Shown here piece by piece: positions 33,553 to 42,286 of a stretch of 64,000 nucleotides of DNA. The stretch is taken from contig CBDEUK010000002.1 of the NCBI GenBank assembly GCA_965243205.1, forward strand, positions 2,208,001 through 2,272,000. Reading direction: 5' to 3'. Within the stretch, counting starts at the first letter, position 1, and each line of letters starts with the position of its first letter. This DNA comes from Gammaproteobacteria bacterium. Lineage in GTDB: Bacteria > Pseudomonadota > Gammaproteobacteria > Eutrophobiales > Eutrophobiaceae. The notes beneath the pieces were generated by a model that worked only from the letters and a program-made list of their open reading frames with translations, made no database searches and was not told the DNA's origin. The position numbers and the translations under genes were made by a program.

Positions 33553-33620
33553 ACTATTTAACTATTTAAGTTTTTTATAAATAACTTTCAATAACAATAA
33601 CTTATTTGGTTTTTTTTGTT

Positions 33621-33635
33621 TGGCATCATGATTGC
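33621..33635 (+). promoter_or_regulatory. sigma54 promoter of the cyanate operon
   Basis: TGGCAT-CATGA-TTGC (GG-N10-GC), with an IHF-like TAACAA-N4-TTA just upstream. Confidence 0.75.
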
Positions 33636-33772
33636 GATATTAGTTTTGAAATTAATTAATGCAGATTAAATAAAGAAAAAAAACTGCACCATTATTGAAG
33701 TAATACACATATGAAACTGGATCTACGCACTTTATTAGAGCGAACCTCGGTTCAGTTTTTGGAGGTAAAAAA

Positions 33773-35242
33773 ATGGCTATAAAAAGTTTAGGCGATCCAT
33801 ATGATTCAAATACAAGTCTGACACATAGTAAATCGTGTAACTGTGAAACCTGCAGAACTGAGTTAACACACGGTCATGAAATGACGGATAAAGAACGAAC
33901 CTTACTACTCGAAAAACAAGCTGAGCACATGGTTGTAGAACACTCAGAAGAAATAGTAGCAACCGAATCAAAAGAATTGGAAACAAATGAAGACTACATG
34001 GATCGAGTTGTTGAAAATGCGATTGTGCGAGGTGTTTTTAATCAGAACGATACCAGTCGTCGTCAGTTTATGAAGTTAATCGGTGGCGGTACTTTTGCCG
34101 CTGCATTGGCCAGCATTTTACCAATGGAGAAAATAAAAGCTGCTGTTAAAGATGGTATAGGGCCTCTTGAAAAAACGAAATTGAGTGTAGGTTTTGTTCC
34201 TATTACTTGCGCGACCCCAATTATCATGGCGCATCCAATGGGGTTCTATGCAAAGTATGGGCTTGACGTCGATGTGATTAAAACGGCTGGTTGGGCAGTT
34301 GCTCGTGATAAATCTTTAAACGGTGAATACGATGCGTCACATATGTTAACACCAATGCCATTAGCGATGACTATGGGCGCTGGTTCAACCGCTGAACCCT
34401 ATATTATGCCTGCAGTAGAAAACATTAATGGTCAAGCGATTGTGCTTCATAACAAACATATAGACAAACGTGATCCTAAAGATTGGAAAGGTTTTAAATT
34501 TGGTGTGCCGTTTGATTATTCAATGCATAACTTTTTGTTGCGTTATTATGTTGCTGAACATGGAATTGACCCAGATAAAGATATTCAAATACGCGTAGTA
34601 CCACCACCAGAAATGGTTGCGAACTTACGTGCAGGTAACTTAGATGGTTATCTATCTCCCGATCCATTTAATCAACGTGCAGTGTATGAAAAAGTCGGTT
34701 TCTTACATACATTAACGAAAGATATTTGGGAAGGCCATCCATGTTGTGCATTTGCTTGTAGTCAGAAATTCGCAACTGAAATGCCAAATACTTATGCAGC
34801 GTTGTTTAAATCAATAGTTGATGCGACTCATTTTTCAGCTAAGTCAGAAAATCGCGAAGAAATTTCTAAAGCAATAGCGCCAAAGAATTATTTAAACCAA
34901 CCTGAAGTTGTCATTAAACAAGTTCTTACAGGCCGTTATGTTGATGGTCTTGAGAAGAAAGTTTATGACGTACCAGATCGTATCGACTTCGATCCATTTC
35001 CATGGCATTCAATGGCTGTATGGATATTAACTCAAATGAAACGTTGGGGTTATATCGAAGGAGATGTGGATTACAAAGGTATTGCCGAACAAGTTTATGT
35101 TGCAACTGAAACAGGCAAGGTAATGGAAGAGCTAGGCTATACACCACCTGATAAAACGTATGAAAACTATACCATCATGGGTAAAGAGTTTGATTACAAC
35201 AAACCAGAAGAATACATATCAAGTTTTGCAATTAAAAGGTAG
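33773..35242 (+). CDS. NrtA/CmpA/CynA-family ABC substrate-binding protein (probably cyanate)
   Basis: GFVPITCATP, ENINGQAI, YSMHNFLLRY, PPPEMVANL, PDPFNQRA, HPCC; Tat motif SRRQFMK; in an operon with cynS. Confidence 0.88.
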   Translation: MAIKSLGDPYDSNTSLTHSKSCNCETCRTELTHGHEMTDKERTLLLEKQAEHMVVEHSEEIVATESKELETNEDYMDRVVENAIVRGVFNQNDTSRRQFMKLIGGGTFAAALASILPMEKIKAAVKDGIGPLEKTKLSVGFVPITCATPIIMAHPMGFYAKYGLDVDVIKTAGWAVARDKSLNGEYDASHMLTPMPLAMTMGAGSTAEPYIMPAVENINGQAIVLHNKHIDKRDPKDWKGFKFGVPFDYSMHNFLLRYYVAEHGIDPDKDIQIRVVPPPEMVANLRAGNLDGYLSPDPFNQRAVYEKVGFLHTLTKDIWEGHPCCAFACSQKFATEMPNTYAALFKSIVDATHFSAKSENREEISKAIAPKNYLNQPEVVIKQVLTGRYVDGLEKKVYDVPDRIDFDPFPWHSMAVWILTQMKRWGYIEGDVDYKGIAEQVYVATETGKVMEELGYTPPDKTYENYTIMGKEFDYNKPEEYISSFAIKR

Positions 35243-35247
35243 TTAAC

Positions 35248-36078
35248 ATGATGGCTTCATTGAATGTTAGAGCAGCGATTGTTTCCCTAGTGATTCTATT
35301 TGGATCGCTAGGGATATGGGAAATGTTAAATCGTCCGCCTGAAGCAAGTGAGGCTCTGTCCGAGTATGAATTACTGATGGGAGGGGCAGATCAAGAAGCG
35401 AGAGTGCCGCCACCTTCAAAAGTTATTCAGCATGCATATAACGAATTAAGTAATCCTTTTTACGATGCTGGTCCTAATGACAAAGGAATAGGTATTCAAT
35501 TAGCCTATTCTCTCTATCGCGTGTTAACAGGTTATTTTGCTGCAGCATTAGTTGCGATCCCACTTGGCTTTTTAATTGGTATGTCACCCTTGATGTACCG
35601 AGCTTTAAACCCTTTTATACAGGTGTTACGTCCCATATCGCCGCTGGCATGGATGCCTTTGGCGTTATTTATCATTAAAGATTCTGAACAGTCTGCTATC
35701 TTCGTAATTTTTATTTGTTCTATATGGCCAATGTTACTTAATACTGCTTTTGGAGTAGCAAATGTTCGTAAGGATTGGATCAAGGTTGCTATGACACATG
35801 AGTTAAGCCAAATACAAACGGCATTCAAAGTTATTCTTCCTGCAGCTGCACCAACTATCTTAACAGGTATGAGAATCTCTATTGGTATCGCATGGTTAGT
35901 GATTGTTGCAGCCGAAATGTTAGTTGGTGGTACTGGTATTGGTTATTACGTTTGGAATGAATGGAATAACTTGGACCTGAACAGCGTTATCTTTTCGATA
36001 TTAATGATCGGAATCGTTGGGATGATGCTTGATTTAATGCTTGGCTCAGTAGCAAAGCTAGTTCAGTTTGAGGAGTAG
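35248..36078 (+). CDS. Nitrate/cyanate ABC transporter permease (NrtB/CynB)
   Basis: PFYDAGPNDKGIG, LRPISPLAW, AWLVIVAAEML, GIGYYVWNEWN. Confidence 0.9.
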   Translation: MMASLNVRAAIVSLVILFGSLGIWEMLNRPPEASEALSEYELLMGGADQEARVPPPSKVIQHAYNELSNPFYDAGPNDKGIGIQLAYSLYRVLTGYFAAALVAIPLGFLIGMSPLMYRALNPFIQVLRPISPLAWMPLALFIIKDSEQSAIFVIFICSIWPMLLNTAFGVANVRKDWIKVAMTHELSQIQTAFKVILPAAAPTILTGMRISIGIAWLVIVAAEMLVGGTGIGYYVWNEWNNLDLNSVIFSILMIGIVGMMLDLMLGSVAKLVQFEE

Positions 36079-36085
36079 TAAATAA

Positions 36086-37000
36086 ATGAGTAAAGATTTT
36101 GTGAGTGTTGAAAATCTTTCCAAGGTTTTTAATAAAAATAAAGATAATGAATTAACCGTTTTTAAAGACGTTAATATCACATTAGATAAAGGTGAGTTCG
36201 TTTGCATTATAGGACACTCAGGTTGTGGTAAATCAACAATATTGAATGTATTAGCTGGGCTTGATTCTGCAACAGATGGTGCTGTGATTATGGATGATAA
36301 AGAAGTATCTGGGCCTAGTTTAGATAGAGGCGTTGTATTTCAAAACTACAGCTTATTACCATGGCTAAGTGCGATTCAAAATGTGAATTTTGGTGTCAAG
36401 GCAAGGTGGCCTGAATGGAGTTCAGATAAAGTTTCCGAGCACAGTAAAACATATTTAGAAATGGTCGGCCTTGGACATTCAATTCATAAAAAACCATCAC
36501 AACTTTCTGGTGGTATGAGGCAAAGAGTTAGTATCGCAAGAGCCTTTGCTACCAACCCTAAATTATTATTATTAGATGAACCTTTCGGTGCGTTAGATGC
36601 ATTGACTCGTGGTGTAATTCAAGATGAGTTAATCAAGATATGGAGTGAAACACAACAGACAGTATTTATGATCACGCATGATGTCGATGAAGCAATCTTA
36701 CTATCCGATAGAATTTTATTAATGACTAACGGGCCAGAAGCAATGATTGCGGAATCAGTTGAGATCAATTTAGCAAGACCTCGTGATCGTGCCACGATTT
36801 TTGATAGCCCTGATTATTATGCTATTCGAAATCATTTAATGCATTTTTTAATTAATGGTTCCAAAGAAAAAATTATTATTGATGATGATATACCTTATGA
36901 ACCTAAGGTTATTGATCCAACAGTGATGTCAGATTCAACGGAATCTACTATTTCCAAAAACCAAATTAATACTCTTCAATTTGAGCGCGCAGCGCTTTAA
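36086..37000 (+). CDS. Nitrate/cyanate ABC transporter ATP-binding protein (NrtD/CynD)
   Basis: GHSGCGKST, LSGGMRQRV, LLLDEPFGALDALTR. Confidence 0.9.
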   Translation: MSKDFVSVENLSKVFNKNKDNELTVFKDVNITLDKGEFVCIIGHSGCGKSTILNVLAGLDSATDGAVIMDDKEVSGPSLDRGVVFQNYSLLPWLSAIQNVNFGVKARWPEWSSDKVSEHSKTYLEMVGLGHSIHKKPSQLSGGMRQRVSIARAFATNPKLLLLDEPFGALDALTRGVIQDELIKIWSETQQTVFMITHDVDEAILLSDRILLMTNGPEAMIAESVEINLARPRDRATIFDSPDYYAIRNHLMHFLINGSKEKIIIDDDIPYEPKVIDPTVMSDSTESTISKNQINTLQFERAAL

Positions 37001-37019
37001 ACAAACACAGGAGAACATT

Positions 37020-37460
37020 GTGAATAAAATAGAAATGACAGAAAAATTAATAGAAGCCAAAATCTCTAAGGGCGTTAGTTGGGATGAAGTAGGAGAAGCA
37101 TTAGGCATGTCTCCAGTTTGGGTAGCATCAGCTTGTTTAGGAATGAATAGCGCTCCACCTGAAAAAGCTAAAGCAATCGCAGATTATTTTGGTTTTGGTC
37201 CTGATGTTGTAACAGCTTTAGAAATGTTTCCAATTAAAGAGTGGGATAAAGCTGTCCCAACCGATCCATTAATCTATCGTTTATATGAAGTTGTTGGTGT
37301 ATACGGCGAAACATTAAAAGAAGTCATTCAAGAAAAATTTGGTGATGGCATTATGAGTGCGATCGATTTTTCAATGGAGGTCGATAAAATAGAAGATCCT
37401 AAAGGTGATCGAGTGTTATTAACATTGAATGGTAAATTCTTACCTTACAAATCTTGGTAA
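37020..37460 (+). CDS. cynS: Cyanate hydratase (cyanase)
   Basis: AGGAGA RBS then GTG at 37020; PTDPLIYRLYE, EKFGDGIMSAIDF, GDRV...NGKFLPY. Confidence 0.96.
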   Translation: MNKIEMTEKLIEAKISKGVSWDEVGEALGMSPVWVASACLGMNSAPPEKAKAIADYFGFGPDVVTALEMFPIKEWDKAVPTDPLIYRLYEVVGVYGETLKEVIQEKFGDGIMSAIDFSMEVDKIEDPKGDRVLLTLNGKFLPYKSW

Positions 37461-37505
37461 AGGTGTTTGGTTCTTTTCTGTTAACAATAAAATGAGGTTT
37501 ATTAA

Positions 37506-37976
37506 ATGTCTGAAAGTCGGCCACCTTTGCCACCGTTTGATTATGAAAGTGCCGTTATAAAAGTCCGTAAAGCTGAAGATGCATGGAATAATAAAAATCC
37601 TGAAGCGATATCAATGGCATATAGTCCGGATTCGGTTTGGCGTAATCGTTCTGAATTTTTACAAGGTCGCGCTGAAATCATCATGTTTCTGCAACGCAAA
37701 TGGATTCGTGAATTAAATTACAGATTAATAAAAGAAATATGGGCTTATCATGAAAATCGTATTGCCGTCCGTTTTGCTTATGAATGGCATGATGATTCTG
37801 GAAATTGGTATCGATCTTATGGAAATGAAAATTGGGAATTTGATGAATATGGTCTAATGAAAAAACGTTATGCAAGTATTAATGATCTGAGTATTAAAGA
37901 ATCAGAACGAAAATATTTTTGGCCTGAAGGCCCGAGACCGGAAGATCATCCTAGTTTAACTGAATTAGGTTTATAA
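37506..37976 (+). CDS. DUF1348 / NTF2-fold protein
   Basis: [52 protein letters not shown]. Confidence 0.88.
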   Translation: MSESRPPLPPFDYESAVIKVRKAEDAWNNKNPEAISMAYSPDSVWRNRSEFLQGRAEIIMFLQRKWIRELNYRLIKEIWAYHENRIAVRFAYEWHDDSGNWYRSYGNENWEFDEYGLMKKRYASINDLSIKESERKYFWPEGPRPEDHPSLTELGL

Positions 37977-37982
37977 ATAATG

Positions 37983-39212
37983 TTATCCAAAAAACCAATA
38001 AGTTACTAAAATGGCAGTAAAGATACCTGCTATGTCTGCAGCCAAACCACAACCGATTGCATGACGTATATTTTTAATTCCTACCGCTCCAAAATATACA
38101 GCCAGTACATAAAAAGTGGTTTCAGTACTGCCTTGAACGATGGAAGATAAACGGCCTGCAAAAGAATCAGCGCCGTAAGTGTTCATGGTATCTACCATCA
38201 TGGCTCTAGCGCCGCTGCCACTGAACGGTTTCATTAAAGCGGTTGGCATAGCATCTATGAAACGTTCATCAATATTGACTGTTGTTACGAGAGAACGTAA
38301 GCCTCCTAATAATAAATCTAAAGCGCCACTGGCTCTGAACACTCCAATCGCCACAAGCATCGCAACTAGGTATGGAATGATTTTTATCGCGGTTTCAAAA
38401 CCTTCTTTCGCGCCTTCAATAAATGCTTCATAAGCATTTACTTTATTTATAACAGCACCACTGATAAACAGTATGACTAATGAAAATAAAATCACATTAC
38501 TGATTAAAGATGATTGCAGAAGCATTTCTTCTTTGGGCAAATTTGCAAAATAGCTTAATAATAAAAATACCAATAAACTGAAACCGCCGAGATAACTTAA
38601 AATGATTTTATCGAGCACATTGATTTTTTGTATCAAGGCCACAGTTAAAAAACCAATTAACGTTGAAGCGTAGGTTGCAATTAAAATCGGTATAAATACA
38701 TCAGTAGGGTTTACTGCTCCTAACTGTGCACGATATGTAAATATTGTGACTGGGAATAAAGTAACAGCTGAAGTATTTATCACTAAAAATAAAATCTGTG
38801 CATTACTGGCAGTATCTTTAACTGGATTCAAACGTTGTAACTCTTGCATGGCTTTTATGCCCAAAGGCGTCGCCGCATTATCTAAACCTAATGCATTTGC
38901 TGACATGTTCATGACGATTGCACCCAATGCAGGATGATCTTTGGGTACTTCAGGCATTAAACGTGAGAATAAAGGTGTTAAACCTTTAGTTAATAAATCG
39001 ATAAAACCACTACGTTCACCAATTCGCATGATGCCAAGCCATAAAGCAAGAATGCCAGTTAAGCCAAGGGAAATTTCAAAAGCGGTTTTGGATAGACTAA
39101 ACATTGCAGTCATTAATTGACTGAATATTTGTGTATCACTTAAAACAATTAATTTAAATAAAGCGATAACAAATGCTGAAATAAAAAAGAAAACCCAGAT
39201 TAGGTTAAGCAT
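37983..39212 (-). CDS. Fused SpmA/SpmB (nucleoside-recognition gate) membrane protein
   Basis: ANALGLDNAATPLG.KAM, FIEGAKEG, KPFSGSGA, GSTETTFYV. Confidence 0.88.
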   Translation of the reverse strand: MLNLIWVFFFISAFVIALFKLIVLSDTQIFSQLMTAMFSLSKTAFEISLGLTGILALWLGIMRIGERSGFIDLLTKGLTPLFSRLMPEVPKDHPALGAIVMNMSANALGLDNAATPLGIKAMQELQRLNPVKDTASNAQILFLVINTSAVTLFPVTIFTYRAQLGAVNPTDVFIPILIATYASTLIGFLTVALIQKINVLDKIILSYLGGFSLLVFLLLSYFANLPKEEMLLQSSLISNVILFSLVILFISGAVINKVNAYEAFIEGAKEGFETAIKIIPYLVAMLVAIGVFRASGALDLLLGGLRSLVTTVNIDERFIDAMPTALMKPFSGSGARAMMVDTMNTYGADSFAGRLSSIVQGSTETTFYVLAVYFGAVGIKNIRHAIGCGLAADIAGIFTAILVTYWFFG

Positions 39213-39271
39213 GAAATTATTTTTCTATAAATGATTGCAGTAATGACATCACTACTGCAATCATAGTTAAT

Positions 39272-39646
39272 TTATTTTTTATCCAAACTCCAAATGCCAG
39301 CGCCTTTAGTTGCAATAAATAAAAAGCAAAAACAAAATAGCGCCGCAAGTTCACCATGATTCACAATTGGAAAAAATGTTTTTGAACCATGGGCCATCCA
39401 ATATGCAACAGCCATTGTGCCACTACAGATAAAAGCAGCATAACGAGTTAATAGACCAATCATTATTAAAGTCCCACCAATTATTTCAATAGTGCCTGCA
39501 GCCATTAACAATGGATTCAAAGGCCCGTGTGCAAATTCCATTGGATAGTTAAAGAATTTAACGGTGCCATGCCAGATAAATAAGAAGCCACTGATAATAC
39601 GTAACAAGGCATAAGCTTGTTCTTGGTAATTAGATAGAAAATTCAT
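39272..39646 (-). CDS. DoxX family membrane protein
   Basis: GGAGG RBS; LLRIISGFLFIWHG, E..GG.LI..GL.TR.AA, NHGELA, GAGIWSLD. Confidence 0.88.
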   Translation of the reverse strand: MNFLSNYQEQAYALLRIISGFLFIWHGTVKFFNYPMEFAHGPLNPLLMAAGTIEIIGGTLIMIGLLTRYAAFICSGTMAVAYWMAHGSKTFFPIVNHGELAALFCFCFLFIATKGAGIWSLDKK

Positions 39647-39675
39647 AATCATTTCCTCCCTAGGAAAGTGTGTGA

Positions 39676-40554
39676 TTAGTTCTCGAACGCCCAACTCGCG
39701 AATGGTTCGATTTCATCCTGGTTCATTATAATTAGTGGATATTTATTTGGATTCATTGAATGATCGTTAGAGGTATCTACATCCATACGTTGTAATAGAT
39801 ACACGATCATCGCCCTACGAATAGTGACAGAAATAACACCATCAACTGCACCGTAATCATATAATAATATGGCCTGTTTTTTTTTCGCCAAATTAGGATG
39901 CGGTTGTAAATGTATAGTTATATGTTCTACCCAATCATCATCATAACTCGCATCAGATTCAGCAGCTTGATTTAATTGTTTAGCTGAAACAAAACGCGAT
40001 AATACAAAATCTCGAAAATCAAAGGTCTCTTCATTGTATGCTCTAACATGCCAACGGAATCCTGTATTCACCAAGGAGTGAGGCTCAATAATCCGCTCAG
40101 CATCGCTATCGCGTTCAGAAAGAGAATGGTACTGAACGTTAAGTTTATTCCGAGATTTAATGGATCGAGTTATTTCAGCAAGTACAGCCTTATCAGGATA
40201 ACGCGCTGGTAAAGGCAGGCTTTCAGAACGAATATCGAAGATAGCTTCATTACCATACGGCCCTTCGGACAAGGTCAGATTCGATTCCAATAAGGGTAAA
40301 ACCACAGCAGGGGAGAAATCAGCAAATACCTCCTTGAATTGTTTGCTGGGGATAAATCCAAACACCGCGTGCTTATATATCAGATTCTCAGGCGCAATAT
40401 CGTTATACAGCTTGAGATCTTTAGTCGCTGCGGCATCAGAGATACCAAAGGCTTTGGCCACATCACTGCGGCTGACCACACCAGCAAAATACGCCATTAA
40501 TTCGATGTATTGCAGTCGTTGTCGGGTTGCCCATTTGATATCGCTTAGTAGCAT
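39676..40554 (-). CDS. WYL-domain transcriptional regulator, BrxR/CapW-like (wHTH-WYL-WCX)
   Basis: RLQYIE...F.G.VSRSD...FGIS...AT.D...Y...AP.N..Y wHTH; WYL domain with Y.SLS, R.IEPHSL..TGFRWHVRAY, FRDFVLSRF; WCX with HP.L...YDYG. Confidence 0.88.
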   Translation of the reverse strand: MLLSDIKWATRQRLQYIELMAYFAGVVSRSDVAKAFGISDAAATKDLKLYNDIAPENLIYKHAVFGFIPSKQFKEVFADFSPAVVLPLLESNLTLSEGPYGNEAIFDIRSESLPLPARYPDKAVLAEITRSIKSRNKLNVQYHSLSERDSDAERIIEPHSLVNTGFRWHVRAYNEETFDFRDFVLSRFVSAKQLNQAAESDASYDDDWVEHITIHLQPHPNLAKKKQAILLYDYGAVDGVISVTIRRAMIVYLLQRMDVDTSNDHSMNPNKYPLIIMNQDEIEPFASWAFEN

Positions 40555-40656
40555 TTCGTCGATTTTTGGAAAATGAATGGATTCAATTATATCGAATACT
40601 CTTATTCTCGAATAATAAATATTACCTAATAAAAAATATTAAGGTGATAAAAAATA

Positions 40657-40685
40657 TTGACATATAAAAAAGTATGGCCTAAAGT
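40657..40685 (+). promoter_or_regulatory. sigma70 promoter of recA
   Basis: TTGACA-N17-TAAAGT, about 70 bp upstream of the recA ATG. Confidence 0.7.
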
Positions 40686-40756
40686 TCAATCATCAGCGGA
40701 TTTCATAGACATGCTGATATGGATATCAAACTCAAAACGTAACGGGGAGAACTCAA

Positions 40757-41821
40757 ATGGCAAAAGATACAAACACTAATGACGACAAACAAAAAGCATT
40801 AAGCATGGCGCTAAGCCAAATTGAAAAACAATTCGGTAAAGGCTCGGTCATGAAAATGGGTGAGCAGCCTGCTGCAAAAATCCCGACAGTAAGTACTGGC
40901 TCACTTGGTTTAGACATCGCCTTAGGCGCAGGTGGTTTACCGTATGGACGTATTGTCGAAATCTACGGACCTGAATCATCAGGTAAAACGACCTTAACGT
41001 TAACTGCTATTGCTGAAGCACAAAAACAAGGTAAAACCTGTGCCTTTATCGATGCTGAGCACGCATTGGATCCAGTCTATGCAGAAAAGCTTGGGGTGAA
41101 TATTGAAGAGTTATTGGTTTCTCAACCGGATACTGGTGAACAAGCCTTAGAAATTTGTGACATGTTAGTTCGTAGTGGCGCAGTTGAATTAGTGGTGATT
41201 GATTCTGTAGCCGCCTTGGTACCAAAGGCCGAGATTGAAGGTGAGATGGGTGATTCGCATATGGGCTTGGCTGCGCGTTTAATGTCGCAAGCTTTACGTA
41301 AGCTAACTGGTAATATCAAACGTGCGAATTGTTGTGTGATTTTCATTAACCAAATTCGTATGAAGATTGGTGTGATGTTCGGTAGCCCTGAAACCACAAC
41401 CGGTGGTAATGCTTTGAAGTTCTACTCATCGGTTCGTTTGGATATCCGTCGTATCGGAGCGATTAAGAAGGGCGATGAAGTGGTCGGTAACGAAACGCGG
41501 GTAAAAGTCGTGAAAAATAAAGTTGCGCCTCCATTCAAACAAGCTGAATTCGACATTTTATATGGTGAAGGCATTTCACGTTTGGGAGAGATTATCGATT
41601 TGGGTGTTAAGCATGACATTATCGATAAATCGGGTGCTTGGTACAGTTATGGTGATGATCGCATTGGCCAAGGTAAGGAAAACGTACGTAATTTCTTAAA
41701 AGAGAATAGTGCCATGGCCGAAGAGATAGAAGCACGTATTAAAGAAATTGTTTTACCAAACTTGGATGAGCTAACGATTGAAGATAATGATCAGGAAGAT
41801 CCAGAATTGTTAGAAGCATAA
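40757..41821 (+). CDS. recA: Recombinase RecA
   Basis: [36 protein letters not shown]. Confidence 0.99.
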   Translation: MAKDTNTNDDKQKALSMALSQIEKQFGKGSVMKMGEQPAAKIPTVSTGSLGLDIALGAGGLPYGRIVEIYGPESSGKTTLTLTAIAEAQKQGKTCAFIDAEHALDPVYAEKLGVNIEELLVSQPDTGEQALEICDMLVRSGAVELVVIDSVAALVPKAEIEGEMGDSHMGLAARLMSQALRKLTGNIKRANCCVIFINQIRMKIGVMFGSPETTTGGNALKFYSSVRLDIRRIGAIKKGDEVVGNETRVKVVKNKVAPPFKQAEFDILYGEGISRLGEIIDLGVKHDIIDKSGAWYSYGDDRIGQGKENVRNFLKENSAMAEEIEARIKEIVLPNLDELTIEDNDQEDPELLEA

Positions 41822-41839
41822 TATTAAAGGATAACAATC

Positions 41840-42286
41840 ATGGAACGGCATGTTGTTTTACAAAAGGCTTGTGATTATTTAGCTCGGCGCGAGCATAGTC
41901 GTAAGGAATTAGAACGGAAGTTGGCGCAAGGATGTGCTGATTCCGATCTAATCGATGAATTACTCAGTAAATTAGCCGAAGAAGGTCTGCAAAGCGATGA
42001 GCGTTTTACTGAAAGTTTTGTACATCATCGCTATCAAAAAGGTCACGGCCCACAAAAAATCCGTAATGAATTAAGCCAAAAAGGTGTAAAAAGTTGGCTT
42101 GTTGATGAATATCTTTCCAATCCTAAACTCGATTGGTATTCCCTTTGCTCAGAAATCAGACAAAAAAAATTTGGAATAGATCGCCCTAAAGACATAAAAG
42201 ATAAGGCAAAACAGTCTCGTTTTTTGTATTCTCGCGGTTTCGATTCTGAAATGATTATGTATGCATTGGAGATGTCTGAAGAGTGA
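41840..42286 (+). CDS. recX: Regulatory protein RecX
   Basis: [35 protein letters not shown]; follows recA. Confidence 0.95.
   Translation: MERHVVLQKACDYLARREHSRKELERKLAQGCADSDLIDELLSKLAEEGLQSDERFTESFVHHRYQKGHGPQKIRNELSQKGVKSWLVDEYLSNPKLDWYSLCSEIRQKKFGIDRPKDIKDKAKQSRFLYSRGFDSEMIMYALEMSEE

Noticed and set aside
33684-33760. NtrC-like half site (TGCACCA) and a leader hairpin before the cyanate binding-protein gene
   Set aside because: Only a half site, and it lies downstream of the promoter; the hairpin does not clearly fit an ANTAR two-hairpin motif.
40714-40729. LexA/SOS box upstream of recA (CTGATATGGATATCAA)
   Set aside because: Deviates from CTGT-N8-ACAG in both half sites; not a canonical gammaproteobacterial SOS box, although a variant LexA specificity cannot be excluded.
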